Origin: Rhodocyclaceae bacterium
Lineage (GTDB): Bacteria > Pseudomonadota > Gammaproteobacteria > Burkholderiales > Rhodocyclaceae
Reading direction: 5' to 3'
NCBI GenBank assembly: GCA_031555955.1
Contig: JAVBTY010000025.1
Location: 33,205-97,204 of the forward strand
DNA length: 64,000 nucleotides
Made by a program: the position numbers and the translations under genes. Below the pieces are notes generated by a model that searched no databases, was not told the origin of the DNA, and saw only the letters and a list, made by a program, of their open reading frames with translations. Below are positions 28,401 through 37,315 of the stretch, one piece after another; within the stretch, counting starts at the first letter, position 1, and every line of letters begins with the position of its first letter.

Positions 28401-28721
28401 CATCAGCGCCACGCCTTCAGGGGTGGAGAGCGCGTAGGCGTGCAGGAAGGCTTCCGCGCCCTGCCCGGCGAGGCTTGCCGCCCGCGCGGCTTCGGCGAGC
28501 GGGCGGGCGCGGGCGAGGATGCGTTCGCGCAGAGGGGCGTCGATGCGGGCGGCGGCAAGGCAGAGGCGCGCCGCTTCATCCTCGTCGCGGCGGCAGGCGT
28601 CGCGCAGCGCGCGGCGCTGCGCATCGGGCGGGCCCCCAGGCGGCGGGAGATCCGGCAGGGGCGGAGCCGTCGCCGGGCTGTTCGGGCGGGTGTGCGGCAG
28701 CGGGGCATTGTTGTTCATCAT
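25431..28721 (-). CDS. putA: Bifunctional proline dehydrogenase / glutamate-semialdehyde dehydrogenase PutA (no RHH domain)
   Basis: SYDMLGEAA, SIKLSALHPRY, LVKGAYWD, EFQRLHGMGE, ISPWNFPLAIF, AETGGQN, GQRCSALR, QPFGGEGLSGTGPKAGG. Confidence 0.95.
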   Translation of the reverse strand: MMNNNAPLPHTRPNSPATAPPLPDLPPPGGPPDAQRRALRDACRRDEDEAARLCLAAARIDAPLRERILARARPLAEAARAASLAGQGAEAFLHAYALSTPEGVALMSLAEALLRTPDDATRDRLIHDRLIHGRPGHASWMPPSGAPSSTFVQASSWALRLAERLHADPAHAGFMRRIAARASDPLMRRTALAAVRLLGRRFVIGRNIGEALARAAAAERAGARHSYDMLGEAARCAADAQRYFDAYAAAIAATGAHAGARNASSAAASAAPSVSIKLSALHPRYEPQQHERVMRELLPRVLTLARAAREHDIGFTLDAEESDRLELSLDIIEALAHAPALAGWNGLGLAVQAYQKRALPLLDWLAALAHSTHRRLAVRLVKGAYWDGEIKAAQERGLPGYPVFTRKAATDVSYLACARRLLADPVAFYPAFATHNAHTAAAVAELATAAGPGAEWEFQRLHGMGEALHAAAARQWRQPCRVYAPVGGHEDLLAYLVRRLLESGASASFVNRVADASQPLEELLRDPAETLAALADVGQIRPPRLPLPRDLYRDSDHPRENSAGIDLADRRAAEALARAVDASRAGLLHAAPLINGHARSGPPRALTSPADHADVTGHVIHATNRDIGDALAAAAAAFPTWRATPAGLRAAALERAADLLQARQEAFVALIVREGGRTLAAAVAETREAIDFCRYYAQQARQLFAAPRALPGPTGERNSLSLGGRGVFVCISPWNFPLAIFTGQIAAALAAGNTVVAKPAEQTPLTAAAAVLLLHEAGIPAGALQFLPGDGHTGAALAADRRCAGVAFTGSTAVARAIARGLAAGEGPLTPLIAETGGQNALIADSSALPEQIVRDAIASAFDSAGQRCSALRLLCVQDDIAGRVIALLAGAMDELAIGPPGNPATDIGPLISIEARAALDAHVAALATHARLIHRCRLDPARAATGAYFAPQAWEIDRPERLRGEVFGPVLHVLRWRADGLDALCDAIAAFGYGLTLGIHSRIGATVERIRARLPVGNTYVNRSLIGATVGAQPFGGEGLSGTGPKAGGPHYLLRFATERTLSEDLTASGGNPALLMDDAGDWPPRAPLRPHSGG

Positions 28722-28801
28722 CGCGCCTCTCCCTTGTCCTGTTGCGGCTTTGCCGCCGCGCCGGGCGATAATGCCTGCCCTGTTACCTCTTTTGATCCGA
28801 A

Positions 28802-29725
28802 ATGCCTATCCAATGGTTCCCCGGCCACATGAATTCGGCGCGCAGGCAGGCTGCGGAAAGCCTGGCCGTTATCGACGTGGTGATTGAAGTGACCGATGCC
28901 CGCCTGCCGGCGGCGAGCAGCAATCCGATGATTGAGGAGCTGCGCCGCTTCCGGAACCGGCCCTGCCTGAAGCTGCTGAACAAGTCTGATCTGGCCGACC
29001 CGGCCGCGACCCGGGAGTGGATGGATTTTTACAACCGCCAGCCCGGAGTCAAGGCGGTAGCGCTGTCGGCGAAAAAGGCGTCCGATGTCGCCCGTATCCC
29101 CGCGCTGTGCCAGAGCCTGGCTCCCCACCGCAATGATGGCGTCAAGCCGCTGCGGATGATGATCATGGGTATTCCCAACGTCGGAAAATCGACGCTGATG
29201 AACGTGCTGCTCAAACGCAAGGTGGCGGCGGTAGGCGATGAACCGGCGGTAACGAAGCGGCAGCAGACGCTCGATCTTGGCTACGCGATGACGCTGACCG
29301 ATACCCCCGGAATGATGTGGCCGAAAATCGCTTTCGACGCGGATGGCTACATGCTCGCCGCCAGCCACGCCATCGGCCGTAACGCCGTGATCGATGAAGA
29401 AGTGGCGGTTTTCCTGGGCGACATCCTCATCGCCCGTTACCCGCGGCTGCTCGCCGCGCGCTACGGTTTCGATCCTGCTGGCATGGATGGAGCGGCGCTG
29501 GTCGAAGCCATCGGCGCGCGGCGCGGCTGCCGGATGAAAGGCGGCGGGCTCGACCTGGAAAAAGCCGCGCTGATCCTGCTGGTCGACTACCGCAGCGGCG
29601 TGCTCGGCCGCATCAGCCTCGAAACGCCGCGCACGCGGGCCGCGATGATCGCGGCGGCGGAAGCGGAGCGTGCTGGAGGCGTGCAGGAAAACGGCCTGGC
29701 GGGAGAGGAGGCGGAACCGCAGTAA
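28802..29725 (+). CDS. rbgA: Ribosome biogenesis GTPase RbgA/YlqF
   Basis: IQWFPGHM, DARLP, NKSDL, GIPNVGKS, DTPG (circularly permuted GTPase). Confidence 0.92.
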   Translation: MPIQWFPGHMNSARRQAAESLAVIDVVIEVTDARLPAASSNPMIEELRRFRNRPCLKLLNKSDLADPAATREWMDFYNRQPGVKAVALSAKKASDVARIPALCQSLAPHRNDGVKPLRMMIMGIPNVGKSTLMNVLLKRKVAAVGDEPAVTKRQQTLDLGYAMTLTDTPGMMWPKIAFDADGYMLAASHAIGRNAVIDEEVAVFLGDILIARYPRLLAARYGFDPAGMDGAALVEAIGARRGCRMKGGGLDLEKAALILLVDYRSGVLGRISLETPRTRAAMIAAAEAERAGGVQENGLAGEEAEPQ

Positions 29726-29731
29726 AAAGGG

Positions 29732-30364
29732 ATGATGCGGTTCCGGGAAAAACACCGCGCCAGCCCGACTACCCTGGGATCGATGTACGACATGGGACTG
29801 AATGTCAGACCGGACCAGAAAGAAGCTGTGCGCTGGTTTACGCGGGCGGCGGAAAAAGGGCACAGCGGCGCGCAGAACAGTCTCGGCAGTCTCTACCAGG
29901 CCGGGGAGGGTGTCGCGCGCGATTACGCGGAAGCTCTGCGCTGGTATGAACTGGCCGCACGGCAGAACCACTCCACCGCGCTGATGAACCTCGGCTACAT
30001 GTACGACGAAGGCTTGGGCGTACCCGAGGATAACCGCCGTGCCATAGAGTTTTACACCCAGGCGGCTGAAAACGGAAAAATCGGCGCTGCGCTGAACATG
30101 GGGCTGATGTTCGAGAAAGGGGAACAGGGCGTTGAGCGTGATCCCGTGCGGGCTTTCATGTGGTTCGATCTGTGCCGTTTCTACGCGGGCAGGACAGGCG
30201 ATAAAGCCCTGGCCGGACGCGCGGCGGAATACGCCGCCCAGGTCAAAAAGGACATGACTGCGGAACAGCTCGCGCGCGGGGAGACAATGGCGAAAGAATG
30301 GGGCGCGGCGATGGCGAAAAAATGGGGCGGCCAAAGCCGGAATCCCGGAACGGGCGCGCCATGA
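29732..30364 (+). CDS. Sel1-like repeat protein, possibly N-terminally truncated
   Basis: Repeated LG.MY..G.GV..D...A..WY..AA units. Starts mid-repeat and has no signal peptide. Confidence 0.75.
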   Translation: MMRFREKHRASPTTLGSMYDMGLNVRPDQKEAVRWFTRAAEKGHSGAQNSLGSLYQAGEGVARDYAEALRWYELAARQNHSTALMNLGYMYDEGLGVPEDNRRAIEFYTQAAENGKIGAALNMGLMFEKGEQGVERDPVRAFMWFDLCRFYAGRTGDKALAGRAAEYAAQVKKDMTAEQLARGETMAKEWGAAMAKKWGGQSRNPGTGAP

Positions 30365-30430
30365 CGCACCGCATTTAACAGGCGTAACGCCGTTCGCGGA
30401 GCCCCGCTTCCCTGCGGCGGCTTTCGCGGG

Positions 30431-30488
30431 CCGCCAGCATTTTTGCGCCGGCTACAGCAGCGGGGCTGTAGCGGCGCATGGCTGGCGG
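30431..30488. terminator. Long imperfect hairpin between convergent genes
   Basis: CCGCCAGC...TGCGCCGGCTACAGC-AGCGGG-GCTGTAGCGGCGCA..GCTGGCGG between the Sel1 and MarR stops. Confidence 0.45.
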
Positions 30489-30507
30489 TGCGGCGGCCTG
30501 CCGGGCT

Positions 30508-31020
30508 TCAGGTTTTGTCGTCCTCGCTGCTGAAACCGAACAGCCCGGTGTGTTCATGCCTGCGCACAAGATTCCGCAGGGTGTGGATCAGCTCGCGCGA
30601 ATGCTCTTCTCCCAGCGGCTTGAGCAGATCCTGCTGATGCTGGCGCGCCTTTTCGATCAGGGACGCGATTTTGGCCTCTCCCTTTCTGGTGCTGGCGACG
30701 AGGGTCTGCCGCCGGTCGCCGCCGGTGCTTGTGCGCACAACCAGTTTTTCCGCCTCAAGGCGCTGAACCAGCTTCGATAGCGTTGGCTGCTTGAGCATGG
30801 CCAGGCGGGAGAGCGTGCCGATCGTTTCGCCCGCGCTGCCATTCAGGCTCGCCAGAACCCGCCATTCGGCCATGGACAGGCCCGTCCGCTCCACGTCGTG
30901 GTGGATGTCCCGTGAAATCCAGTAGCTCGCCTGCGCCAGCCAGTACGGCAGATATTCGTCGAGGAAACGGTGCGAGGCGGGGCTCTTCATGTCCTGCCCG
31001 GGTTTTTCAGGATTTGCCAT
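30508..31020 (-). CDS. MarR family transcriptional regulator
   Basis: YLPYWLAQA, EWRVLASL, wHTH QPTLSKLVQRLE, DRR wing. Divergent from the catabolic operon. Start could also be 30990. Confidence 0.88.
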   Translation of the reverse strand: MANPEKPGQDMKSPASHRFLDEYLPYWLAQASYWISRDIHHDVERTGLSMAEWRVLASLNGSAGETIGTLSRLAMLKQPTLSKLVQRLEAEKLVVRTSTGGDRRQTLVASTRKGEAKIASLIEKARQHQQDLLKPLGEEHSRELIHTLRNLVRRHEHTGLFGFSSEDDKT

Positions 31021-31360
31021 GCTAATGAAATTCCGTGGAAAGCAGATTGTTGACCCTGCTGCGCGCTTTGTTCGCCAGACCGCTCTTGCCTGTGTCCATG
31101 AAGCATTAATTGAATCAGAGTGCATTACTTTAACCTGGGAGCGGCTCTTCTGAAATTCCGGGTCTGTGCGGGCGCGCAGACTGGGGAGCAGGAAGTTTTC
31201 CTGGGGACGGGGGGTGGATTACGCCGTCCGGCTCCACGTATCAGCCTTGATGGCTCAGGCATTGATGCCCCGTCATGGAGTCCTCTTTTTCTCTCCAGAT
31301 CATAGTGTCCGCAGAAAGTGTGCGCGAACAGTCAATTCAAAAGCATTGCCAGCCATTTTT

Positions 31361-31376
31361 ACATGAATATTCATGT
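31361..31376. promoter_or_regulatory. Perfect 16-bp palindrome, candidate MarR operator
   Basis: ACATGAATATTCATGT is its own reverse complement and lies in the AT-rich divergent intergenic region. Confidence 0.6.
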
Positions 31377-31623
31377 TTTATTGTGCTCAACATCGTGGTG
31401 ATCGTTAATCCGGAGATGGGGGGATAAATAGGGGCTCAGATATTTCCGGATGCCTGAATTTAAAGGATATCGCCAGCATGGCCGGTGAAGGTATTGGCGC
31501 TGTGCAAGAGGAGTCATGAGTCGATCGCGGTATCCATAAAACCGGCCTGATGCATGAATGTGAAGAAATAAAAATACAGAGACACCTGTTGTAAAAGCAT
31601 TTAAAAATCCAAAGGAGGATGAC

Positions 31624-32595
31624 ATGAAATACCAGAAAAACGAGGCAAAAAGCTGGGCGCTGAAAAATCTTCCCGGCGTTTGCGGGGGAATCATCCAGCC
31701 GCTGAATAGCGATTACAGCATCGACTATGCGGGCACCCGGGCCTGGATTGAACGGCAGATTGAAATGGGCGTTGATTCCATTACCTGCGATGGCGCATGC
31801 GGTGAATGGCTGACGTTTACGGTCGAAGAGCGGAAGAAGATTTACGAAGTGGCCGTGGATGCGGTGGCCGGGCGGGTTCCCCTGCTGGCGAACACCAGCC
31901 ATCCCAGCATCATGGCGGCGGTGGAACTGGCGCAGCATGCGGAGGCGGTTGGCGTTGATGCGCTCATGCACGTGACGCCCTATTCCAATTCGTCTTCGAA
32001 CGAAGGTGTTTTCCAGTATTACAAGTATCTGGCTGACCGGGTGAATATAGGAATCTGCCTGTACAACACGCGCCCGTCCGGGTTCGTTCTTTCGCCTGAA
32101 TTCATCAGGGAGCTGGCGGAGAAAATCCCGAATATCTGCGGCATCAAGCAGGGCATGGGCAGTATCGACCAGACGCTGAAGGCTTATAAGCTCATCGGCG
32201 ACAGGATCGTCGTCGGCGATCCGTTCGAGGATTACTGGCCCGAGCAGATCCGCTATATGCCGGAGACGGCGTTCCAGTTCTGCAATTTCACCCCGGCGCT
32301 TTTCCAGACGCCGCAAAAACCACGCCTGACGCAGTACACGAAACTGCTGAAACAGGGAGAAACCGCGGCGGGGATGAAGATTTACAACGAACTGTCGCCG
32401 CTGCGGATCCTTTTCCATGAAACCCAGGTGGCAAGCCTGATGGGGAAAGGTGTTTTCCCGCTCACCGCGCTGAAATACTGGGCTGAAAAAATTGGCCTGC
32501 CTGGCGGTCCGGTCCGTCCTCCTTTCGAGGCGCTTTCGGATTACATGCGCAAGGCCATCGATACCCGCCTGGCTGAAGCCGGTCTGACCGCGTGA
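31624..32595 (+). CDS. DapA/NAL-family class I aldolase/lyase (not a true DHDPS)
   Basis: G..GE (GACGE), LYN Tyr, GIKQ Schiff-base Lys, GPVRPP; AAGGAGG RBS. Confidence 0.82.
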   Translation: MKYQKNEAKSWALKNLPGVCGGIIQPLNSDYSIDYAGTRAWIERQIEMGVDSITCDGACGEWLTFTVEERKKIYEVAVDAVAGRVPLLANTSHPSIMAAVELAQHAEAVGVDALMHVTPYSNSSSNEGVFQYYKYLADRVNIGICLYNTRPSGFVLSPEFIRELAEKIPNICGIKQGMGSIDQTLKAYKLIGDRIVVGDPFEDYWPEQIRYMPETAFQFCNFTPALFQTPQKPRLTQYTKLLKQGETAAGMKIYNELSPLRILFHETQVASLMGKGVFPLTALKYWAEKIGLPGGPVRPPFEALSDYMRKAIDTRLAEAGLTA

Positions 32596-32649
32596 TTCTT
32601 CATGTGTCTGGCAGTTGCGGACATGAATCAGCAGCCATGAGGAGGCGCG

Positions 32650-33840
32650 ATGATCGGATTCGAGTTATCGGAGGAGCAGCGGCAGCTGCAGGATGTCGCC
32701 AGGCGGTTTGTCGAAAAGGACATCAGGCCCGTTGCGGCGGGCGTGGACCGCATTGCCGATCCCAGAAAGGCCTTCCCCCTGGAGGTAATCAGGAAGGGAT
32801 TCGAGCTGGGTTTTCACTCCCTGCTTATTCCTGAGGAATACGGCGGCGCGGGAGGCTGCACGCTGGATTACGCGGTTTTGCTGGAAGAGCTTGCCGCGGG
32901 CGATATCGGCATGGCGAATGCGTTTCACGTTGTCATGTCGATGTCGGAAATGATCGCCCGCATGGGTACGAAGGAGCAGTGCGAGCGCTGGCTTACCCCG
33001 ATCGCGCAGGACGACACGGGTACGCACCTGATCTGCTTTGGCGCGACGGAACCTTCGGGCGGATCGGAGATTTTCTGTCCCCTTCCCGATCCGAAGCTGG
33101 GCACCCGGACAAGGGCGAGAAGGGATGGCGATCACTACGTCATCAACGGCAGCAAGGTTTTTTCCAGCAATGCCAGCGTATCGCAGCTTTACGGCGTGCT
33201 GGCCCGCAGCGACAGCAGCAGGGCGAATGCTGAATCCTGTTCGGTGTTCTTTTTCCCTGCCGATACCCCCGGTTTTTCCATCGGAACGATTGAAGACAAG
33301 ATGGGACACCGGGCCTCGATGAACGGCGAACTGATTTTCGAGGATATGCGGCTTCCGAAGGAAAACATGCTCGGCAAAGAGGGCGCCGGCTTCGAGACGA
33401 TCAACGCCATTTACGACACCAATGGCGTTGGCACCGGCACGATGGCCGTCGGCGTGGCGCGGGCGGCCTACGAGCAGGCTTTGCAGTACGCGAAAGAGCG
33501 CGAGATCTGGGGGCAGCCGATCGGCAAATACCAGGCTGTGGGGCAGATGCTGGTCGACATGAAGGCGGATCTGGAAATGGCCCGGCTGATGGTGCGCCGC
33601 GTGGCATGGCAAAGCGCGAACCGCAATACCAGCGAGGGCATGCTGCCGCCCAACATGGCCAAGATTTATCCGGCGGAAATGGCGCGACGCGTCACGATCA
33701 AGGCGATGCAGATATTTGGCGGGGCGGGCTACATGAAGGATTACCCGGTCGAAAAATATGTGCGCGATGCGATGGTGCTCCCGATCATCAGCGGCAGCAA
33801 TGAAGTGCTGAAGCATTTCATCGCGCAGCGGATGGTCTGA
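32650..33840 (+). CDS. Acyl-CoA dehydrogenase family protein
   Basis: IPEEYGG, TEPSGGS, NGSKVFSSN, KMGHRAS, QIFGGAGY..DYPVE, I.SGSNE. Confidence 0.92.
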   Translation: MIGFELSEEQRQLQDVARRFVEKDIRPVAAGVDRIADPRKAFPLEVIRKGFELGFHSLLIPEEYGGAGGCTLDYAVLLEELAAGDIGMANAFHVVMSMSEMIARMGTKEQCERWLTPIAQDDTGTHLICFGATEPSGGSEIFCPLPDPKLGTRTRARRDGDHYVINGSKVFSSNASVSQLYGVLARSDSSRANAESCSVFFFPADTPGFSIGTIEDKMGHRASMNGELIFEDMRLPKENMLGKEGAGFETINAIYDTNGVGTGTMAVGVARAAYEQALQYAKEREIWGQPIGKYQAVGQMLVDMKADLEMARLMVRRVAWQSANRNTSEGMLPPNMAKIYPAEMARRVTIKAMQIFGGAGYMKDYPVEKYVRDAMVLPIISGSNEVLKHFIAQRMV

Positions 33841-33902
33841 GCGCAATTCGCTTTGGCGCGGTCGCCAATGCCGTACTTAAAAACAGACAAAAGGGGTTCG
33901 TA

Positions 33903-35231
33903 ATGAGTCTGGACAGTTTATTCAAGCCCAGATCGATCGCGGTGTACGGTGCCTCGGCCACCGACCGGCGCAAGCTCGGCAATACGCTGCTGGCCAATGC
34001 GGCAAATGGTGCGGGCGAAGTCGTAGCGGTGCATCCCGGGGCGGATGTGATCGACGGGATCGGCGCGGTTGCGCGCCTGAATCAGCCCGTGGATCTGGCG
34101 CTGATTTCAGTGCCGGATAAAAGGGTGGAGGCGGCGGTGACTGATGCCGCGGCCGCGGGGACGAAGTGCGCGATCGTCCTGTCATCCGGTTTCGGAGAAA
34201 CAGGACCGGAAGGGCGCGTGGTGCAGGATCGCCTGACCGCCATAGCCAGGTCCGCCGGCATGCGGCTGGTGGGGCCGAACTGCATGGGCGTGGTGAGCAG
34301 CCTGGGCGGGGAGCGCTGGCTGAACGGCTCCTATTTCTGGCGCATCCCGACCACGCCGGGCGGCCTGTCGTTCATCAGCCAGTCGGGCGCGTTCGGAGGC
34401 ATGTTCTTCGGCCATATGCGCGGCAGCAGCCTGGGTTTGTCCCGTTTTCTCAGTGTCGGCAATTCGGCCGATGTCGGGATCACCGACGCGCTGGAGTGGC
34501 TGGGCGACGATCCGCAGACGACGGCGGTCGGCATTTTCGCCGAAGGTTTCGGTGACGGACGGCGCTTCGTCGAGGTCGCGCGCAGGGTTACGGCGCGCAA
34601 ACCCGTCGTGCTGCTCAAGGCCGGGAAGATGGCCGCAGGCGCGAAGGCCGCGGCGAGCCACACCGGCAGCATGGCGGGCAGCCATGCCGCGATCCAGGCG
34701 GGGCTGCGCCGCGCCGGGGTGATCGAGGCGGCGGATACGGAATCGTTCTTCGCCGCGATGGATTCCGCCGCTGCCGGACTGACGGCCAGGGTGGTGCGCA
34801 ACATTGCGGTCGTGACGATTTCCGGCGGCCCCTCCGTTCTCGCGGCGGATGCGGCGGAGCGCGCCGGGCTCGCCTTGCCCGCGCTGGGTGCCGCGACGGT
34901 TGAGCGGCTGCGCGCGCTCGTGCCTTCGTTTGCGGCGCTGGGCAACCCGATCGATCTGACGCCGCAGTGCCCGGCGGACAGTTTCGTGCCCGCCATTGAA
35001 GCGATTTATGCCGATGAGGCTATCGAAGGCGTTGTAGCGATCAATTGCGGGCTGGATCTGCTTCCGTTCGGAGCCGGTATCGCCCGTGGCGTTGCGGCGA
35101 CTGGCAAGCCCACGAGCGCGTTCGTGCTTGATGCGCCTGGCGTTGAAGCGGAAATGGCAAGTGCTGGCGTGCTGCGCTTTCCTTCGCCGGAGCGCGCCGT
35201 CAATGCACTGGCCTGGGGGGGTGGAAAATGA
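33903..35231 (+). CDS. ADP-forming acyl-CoA synthetase, CoA-binding (alpha) subunit
   Basis: PRSIAVYGAS, GPNCMG, SQSG, GNSAD, AASHTG (phospho-His), NPIDL. Confidence 0.88.
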   Translation: MSLDSLFKPRSIAVYGASATDRRKLGNTLLANAANGAGEVVAVHPGADVIDGIGAVARLNQPVDLALISVPDKRVEAAVTDAAAAGTKCAIVLSSGFGETGPEGRVVQDRLTAIARSAGMRLVGPNCMGVVSSLGGERWLNGSYFWRIPTTPGGLSFISQSGAFGGMFFGHMRGSSLGLSRFLSVGNSADVGITDALEWLGDDPQTTAVGIFAEGFGDGRRFVEVARRVTARKPVVLLKAGKMAAGAKAAASHTGSMAGSHAAIQAGLRRAGVIEAADTESFFAAMDSAAAGLTARVVRNIAVVTISGGPSVLAADAAERAGLALPALGAATVERLRALVPSFAALGNPIDLTPQCPADSFVPAIEAIYADEAIEGVVAINCGLDLLPFGAGIARGVAATGKPTSAFVLDAPGVEAEMASAGVLRFPSPERAVNALAWGGGK

Positions 35232-35857
35232 AGACATTGAGCGAATGGGAAAGCAAGCGGCGTCTGGGCGACGGACTGCCGCTCCCGAAAGAAATGCTGG
35301 CAGCGTCGCGCGGGCAGGCGCGGGAGTTCGCCGCCATGGTCGGGGGAGCGGTCGTCGCCAAGGCATCTGGCGTCGCGCACAAAACCGAGGGTGGTCTGGT
35401 GCGCTTCGGCCTCGGCGTGCAGGACATCGAAGCGGCCTGGGATGCGCTGGCCGCCGCCGGGGATGGAACGGTGCTGCTGGCGGAGCAGATCAGCGCCGAT
35501 CTCGAACTGATTGTCGGTGGTTACCGCGATCCGGGTTTCGGCCCGCTGGTCACGATCGGAATCGGCGGCATCGCGGCGGAAATTTTCGGCGATGTCGTCG
35601 CCATCCTCGCGCCGCCTGAAAAAGGGGAAGTCGCGGCGGCCGTGCAACGGCTTGCCGGGCGGCGGCTGCTGGAAGGCATCCGCGGTAAACCGCCGGTGGA
35701 CCTCGAAGCGCTGGAACAGGTCGTGGGCGTGGTTTCCCGGCTGCTCGTTGCGGATGCCACGGTCGCCGAAATCGATTGCAACCCGGTCATGGTGCGCGGG
35801 GGGCAGCCTGTGGTGGCGGATGCGCTGGTGGTGCTGTGCGACGGCGCGCAGCCGTGA
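35228..35857 (+). CDS. ADP-forming acyl-CoA synthetase, ATP-grasp (beta) subunit
   Basis: LSEWESK, HKTEGG, ELIVG..DP.FGP, EIDCNP; ATGA overlap with the alpha subunit. Confidence 0.85.
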   Translation: MKTLSEWESKRRLGDGLPLPKEMLAASRGQAREFAAMVGGAVVAKASGVAHKTEGGLVRFGLGVQDIEAAWDALAAAGDGTVLLAEQISADLELIVGGYRDPGFGPLVTIGIGGIAAEIFGDVVAILAPPEKGEVAAAVQRLAGRRLLEGIRGKPPVDLEALEQVVGVVSRLLVADATVAEIDCNPVMVRGGQPVVADALVVLCDGAQP

Positions 35858-35908
35858 CGGAGCGCACGGTCATGAAAATTTCATCAACCTGGAAACCGGG
35901 AACAGATC

Positions 35909-36781
35909 ATGCAGGAAATTAGCTCTTATCTGGCGCCCCGCCGCCTGGACGAAGCACTGAAAGCGCTGGCCGGGGGCAATGTAACGGTTTTCTGCGGCGG
36001 CACGGATCTGTCACCGCAGACGGAATCCGGCGCGAAGAGGTATCGCGCCGGGCTGATGAACCTGCGCCGTATCGAGGAACTGGCGGGTATCGAGGTTGGC
36101 GGGGACCAGATCCGCATCGGCGCGGCAACGACCATCACTGAAATCCGGCGTCACCAGGCGCTCGGCGATGCCGCGCCGCTGCTGGCCGAAGCCGCGGACC
36201 GCTTCGCCAGCGACCAGATCCGCAATGCGGCCTCGCTGGGCGGCAACCTTTGCAACGCTTCCCCCGCGAGCGACATGAGCCCCGCCTTGCTGGCGCTGAA
36301 CGCCAGCGTCGAGCTGGGCTGCTGGCGCGAGGGTGCGGTACGGACGCGTCTGGTGGCGCTGGAGAATTTTTTCGTCGCGCCAGGAAGAACCGTTAAGCGG
36401 GATGACGAACTGATGACCGCGGTGGTTTTCGACCGGCCGCCAGCGGATTTCGTCGGGAAGTTCCGCAAGTCCGGCCCTCGGCCCGCGCTTGAAATATCCA
36501 CCGTTTCCGTGGCGGTAGGCGGTCGGCTTGCGAACGGTGGATTCCACAACGTGCGCGTGGCGCTGGGCTCGGTTGCCCCCACGCCGCTGCGCGCGCGCAG
36601 GGTCGAAGCCGTGCTTGAAGGCCGGCCGCTGGATGCCTTGCGGATTGCCGCCGCCGTCGCCTGTGCCGGAGAGGATGCCAGGCCCATCGATGACGTGCGC
36701 GCAAGCGCGTGGTATCGCGATCATCTTGTCCGTGTATTCATTGAAGAGGTTCTGAACGATGTCTCTGGAAACCAGCATTAA
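35909..36781 (+). CDS. Xanthine dehydrogenase family FAD-binding (medium) subunit
   Basis: GGTDL, IGAATT, QIRNAASLGGNLCNASPASD, PIDDVRASA.YR. Confidence 0.9.
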   Translation: MQEISSYLAPRRLDEALKALAGGNVTVFCGGTDLSPQTESGAKRYRAGLMNLRRIEELAGIEVGGDQIRIGAATTITEIRRHQALGDAAPLLAEAADRFASDQIRNAASLGGNLCNASPASDMSPALLALNASVELGCWREGAVRTRLVALENFFVAPGRTVKRDDELMTAVVFDRPPADFVGKFRKSGPRPALEISTVSVAVGGRLANGGFHNVRVALGSVAPTPLRARRVEAVLEGRPLDALRIAAAVACAGEDARPIDDVRASAWYRDHLVRVFIEEVLNDVSGNQH

Positions 36782-37238
36782 TTTCAGGCTCAACGGCCGC
36801 GCGGTTTCGGTCAGGGTGCCGGTGGAGATGAAAACCCTGACGATGCTGCGCGAGGTTCTGGGGCTGACCGGAACCAAATACGCGTGCGGCGAAGGTGAAT
36901 GCGGCGCCTGCACGGTGCAGGTAGACGGCAAAACCCTGAACAGCTGCCTGATGTACGCCGTGGATTGCGATGGCCGCGAAGTGATGACGATCGAAGGGAT
37001 GAAAACGGCGGAAGGCCTGCATCCGATGCAGCAGGCGTTCGTCGATCACGGCGCGATCCAGTGTGGGTACTGCATGCCGGGAATGATCCTGCAGGCGAAC
37101 TACCTGGTGGAAGGTAATCCCGGTCTGACGCGCGAGGAGGCGCAGCGCGGGCTGGAAGGAAATCTTTGCCGCTGCACCGGTTACACCAAGGTGCTGGATG
37201 CGGTGACTTCCTGCGCCGCGAAAAAGGGCGGCTGCTGA
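36759..37238 (+). CDS. Xanthine dehydrogenase family 2x[2Fe-2S] (small) subunit
   Basis: C-GEGE-CGAC...SC, QCGYC, NLCRCTGY. Confidence 0.93.
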   Translation: MSLETSINFRLNGRAVSVRVPVEMKTLTMLREVLGLTGTKYACGEGECGACTVQVDGKTLNSCLMYAVDCDGREVMTIEGMKTAEGLHPMQQAFVDHGAIQCGYCMPGMILQANYLVEGNPGLTREEAQRGLEGNLCRCTGYTKVLDAVTSCAAKKGGC

Positions 37239-37315
37239 CCGGCGCGGCGGCGGGCGCGTGAGCGGCGTTAAATGTCGCGCTCATGGTGGTGGAGACTACA
37301 TAAGAGAACAATGTC

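Noticed and set aside
31250-31510. FNR box (TTGATGCCCCGTCAT) and sigma54 motif (TGGCGC..TGC) candidates
   Set aside because: Spacing does not fit TTGAT-N4-ATCAA or GG-N10-GC.
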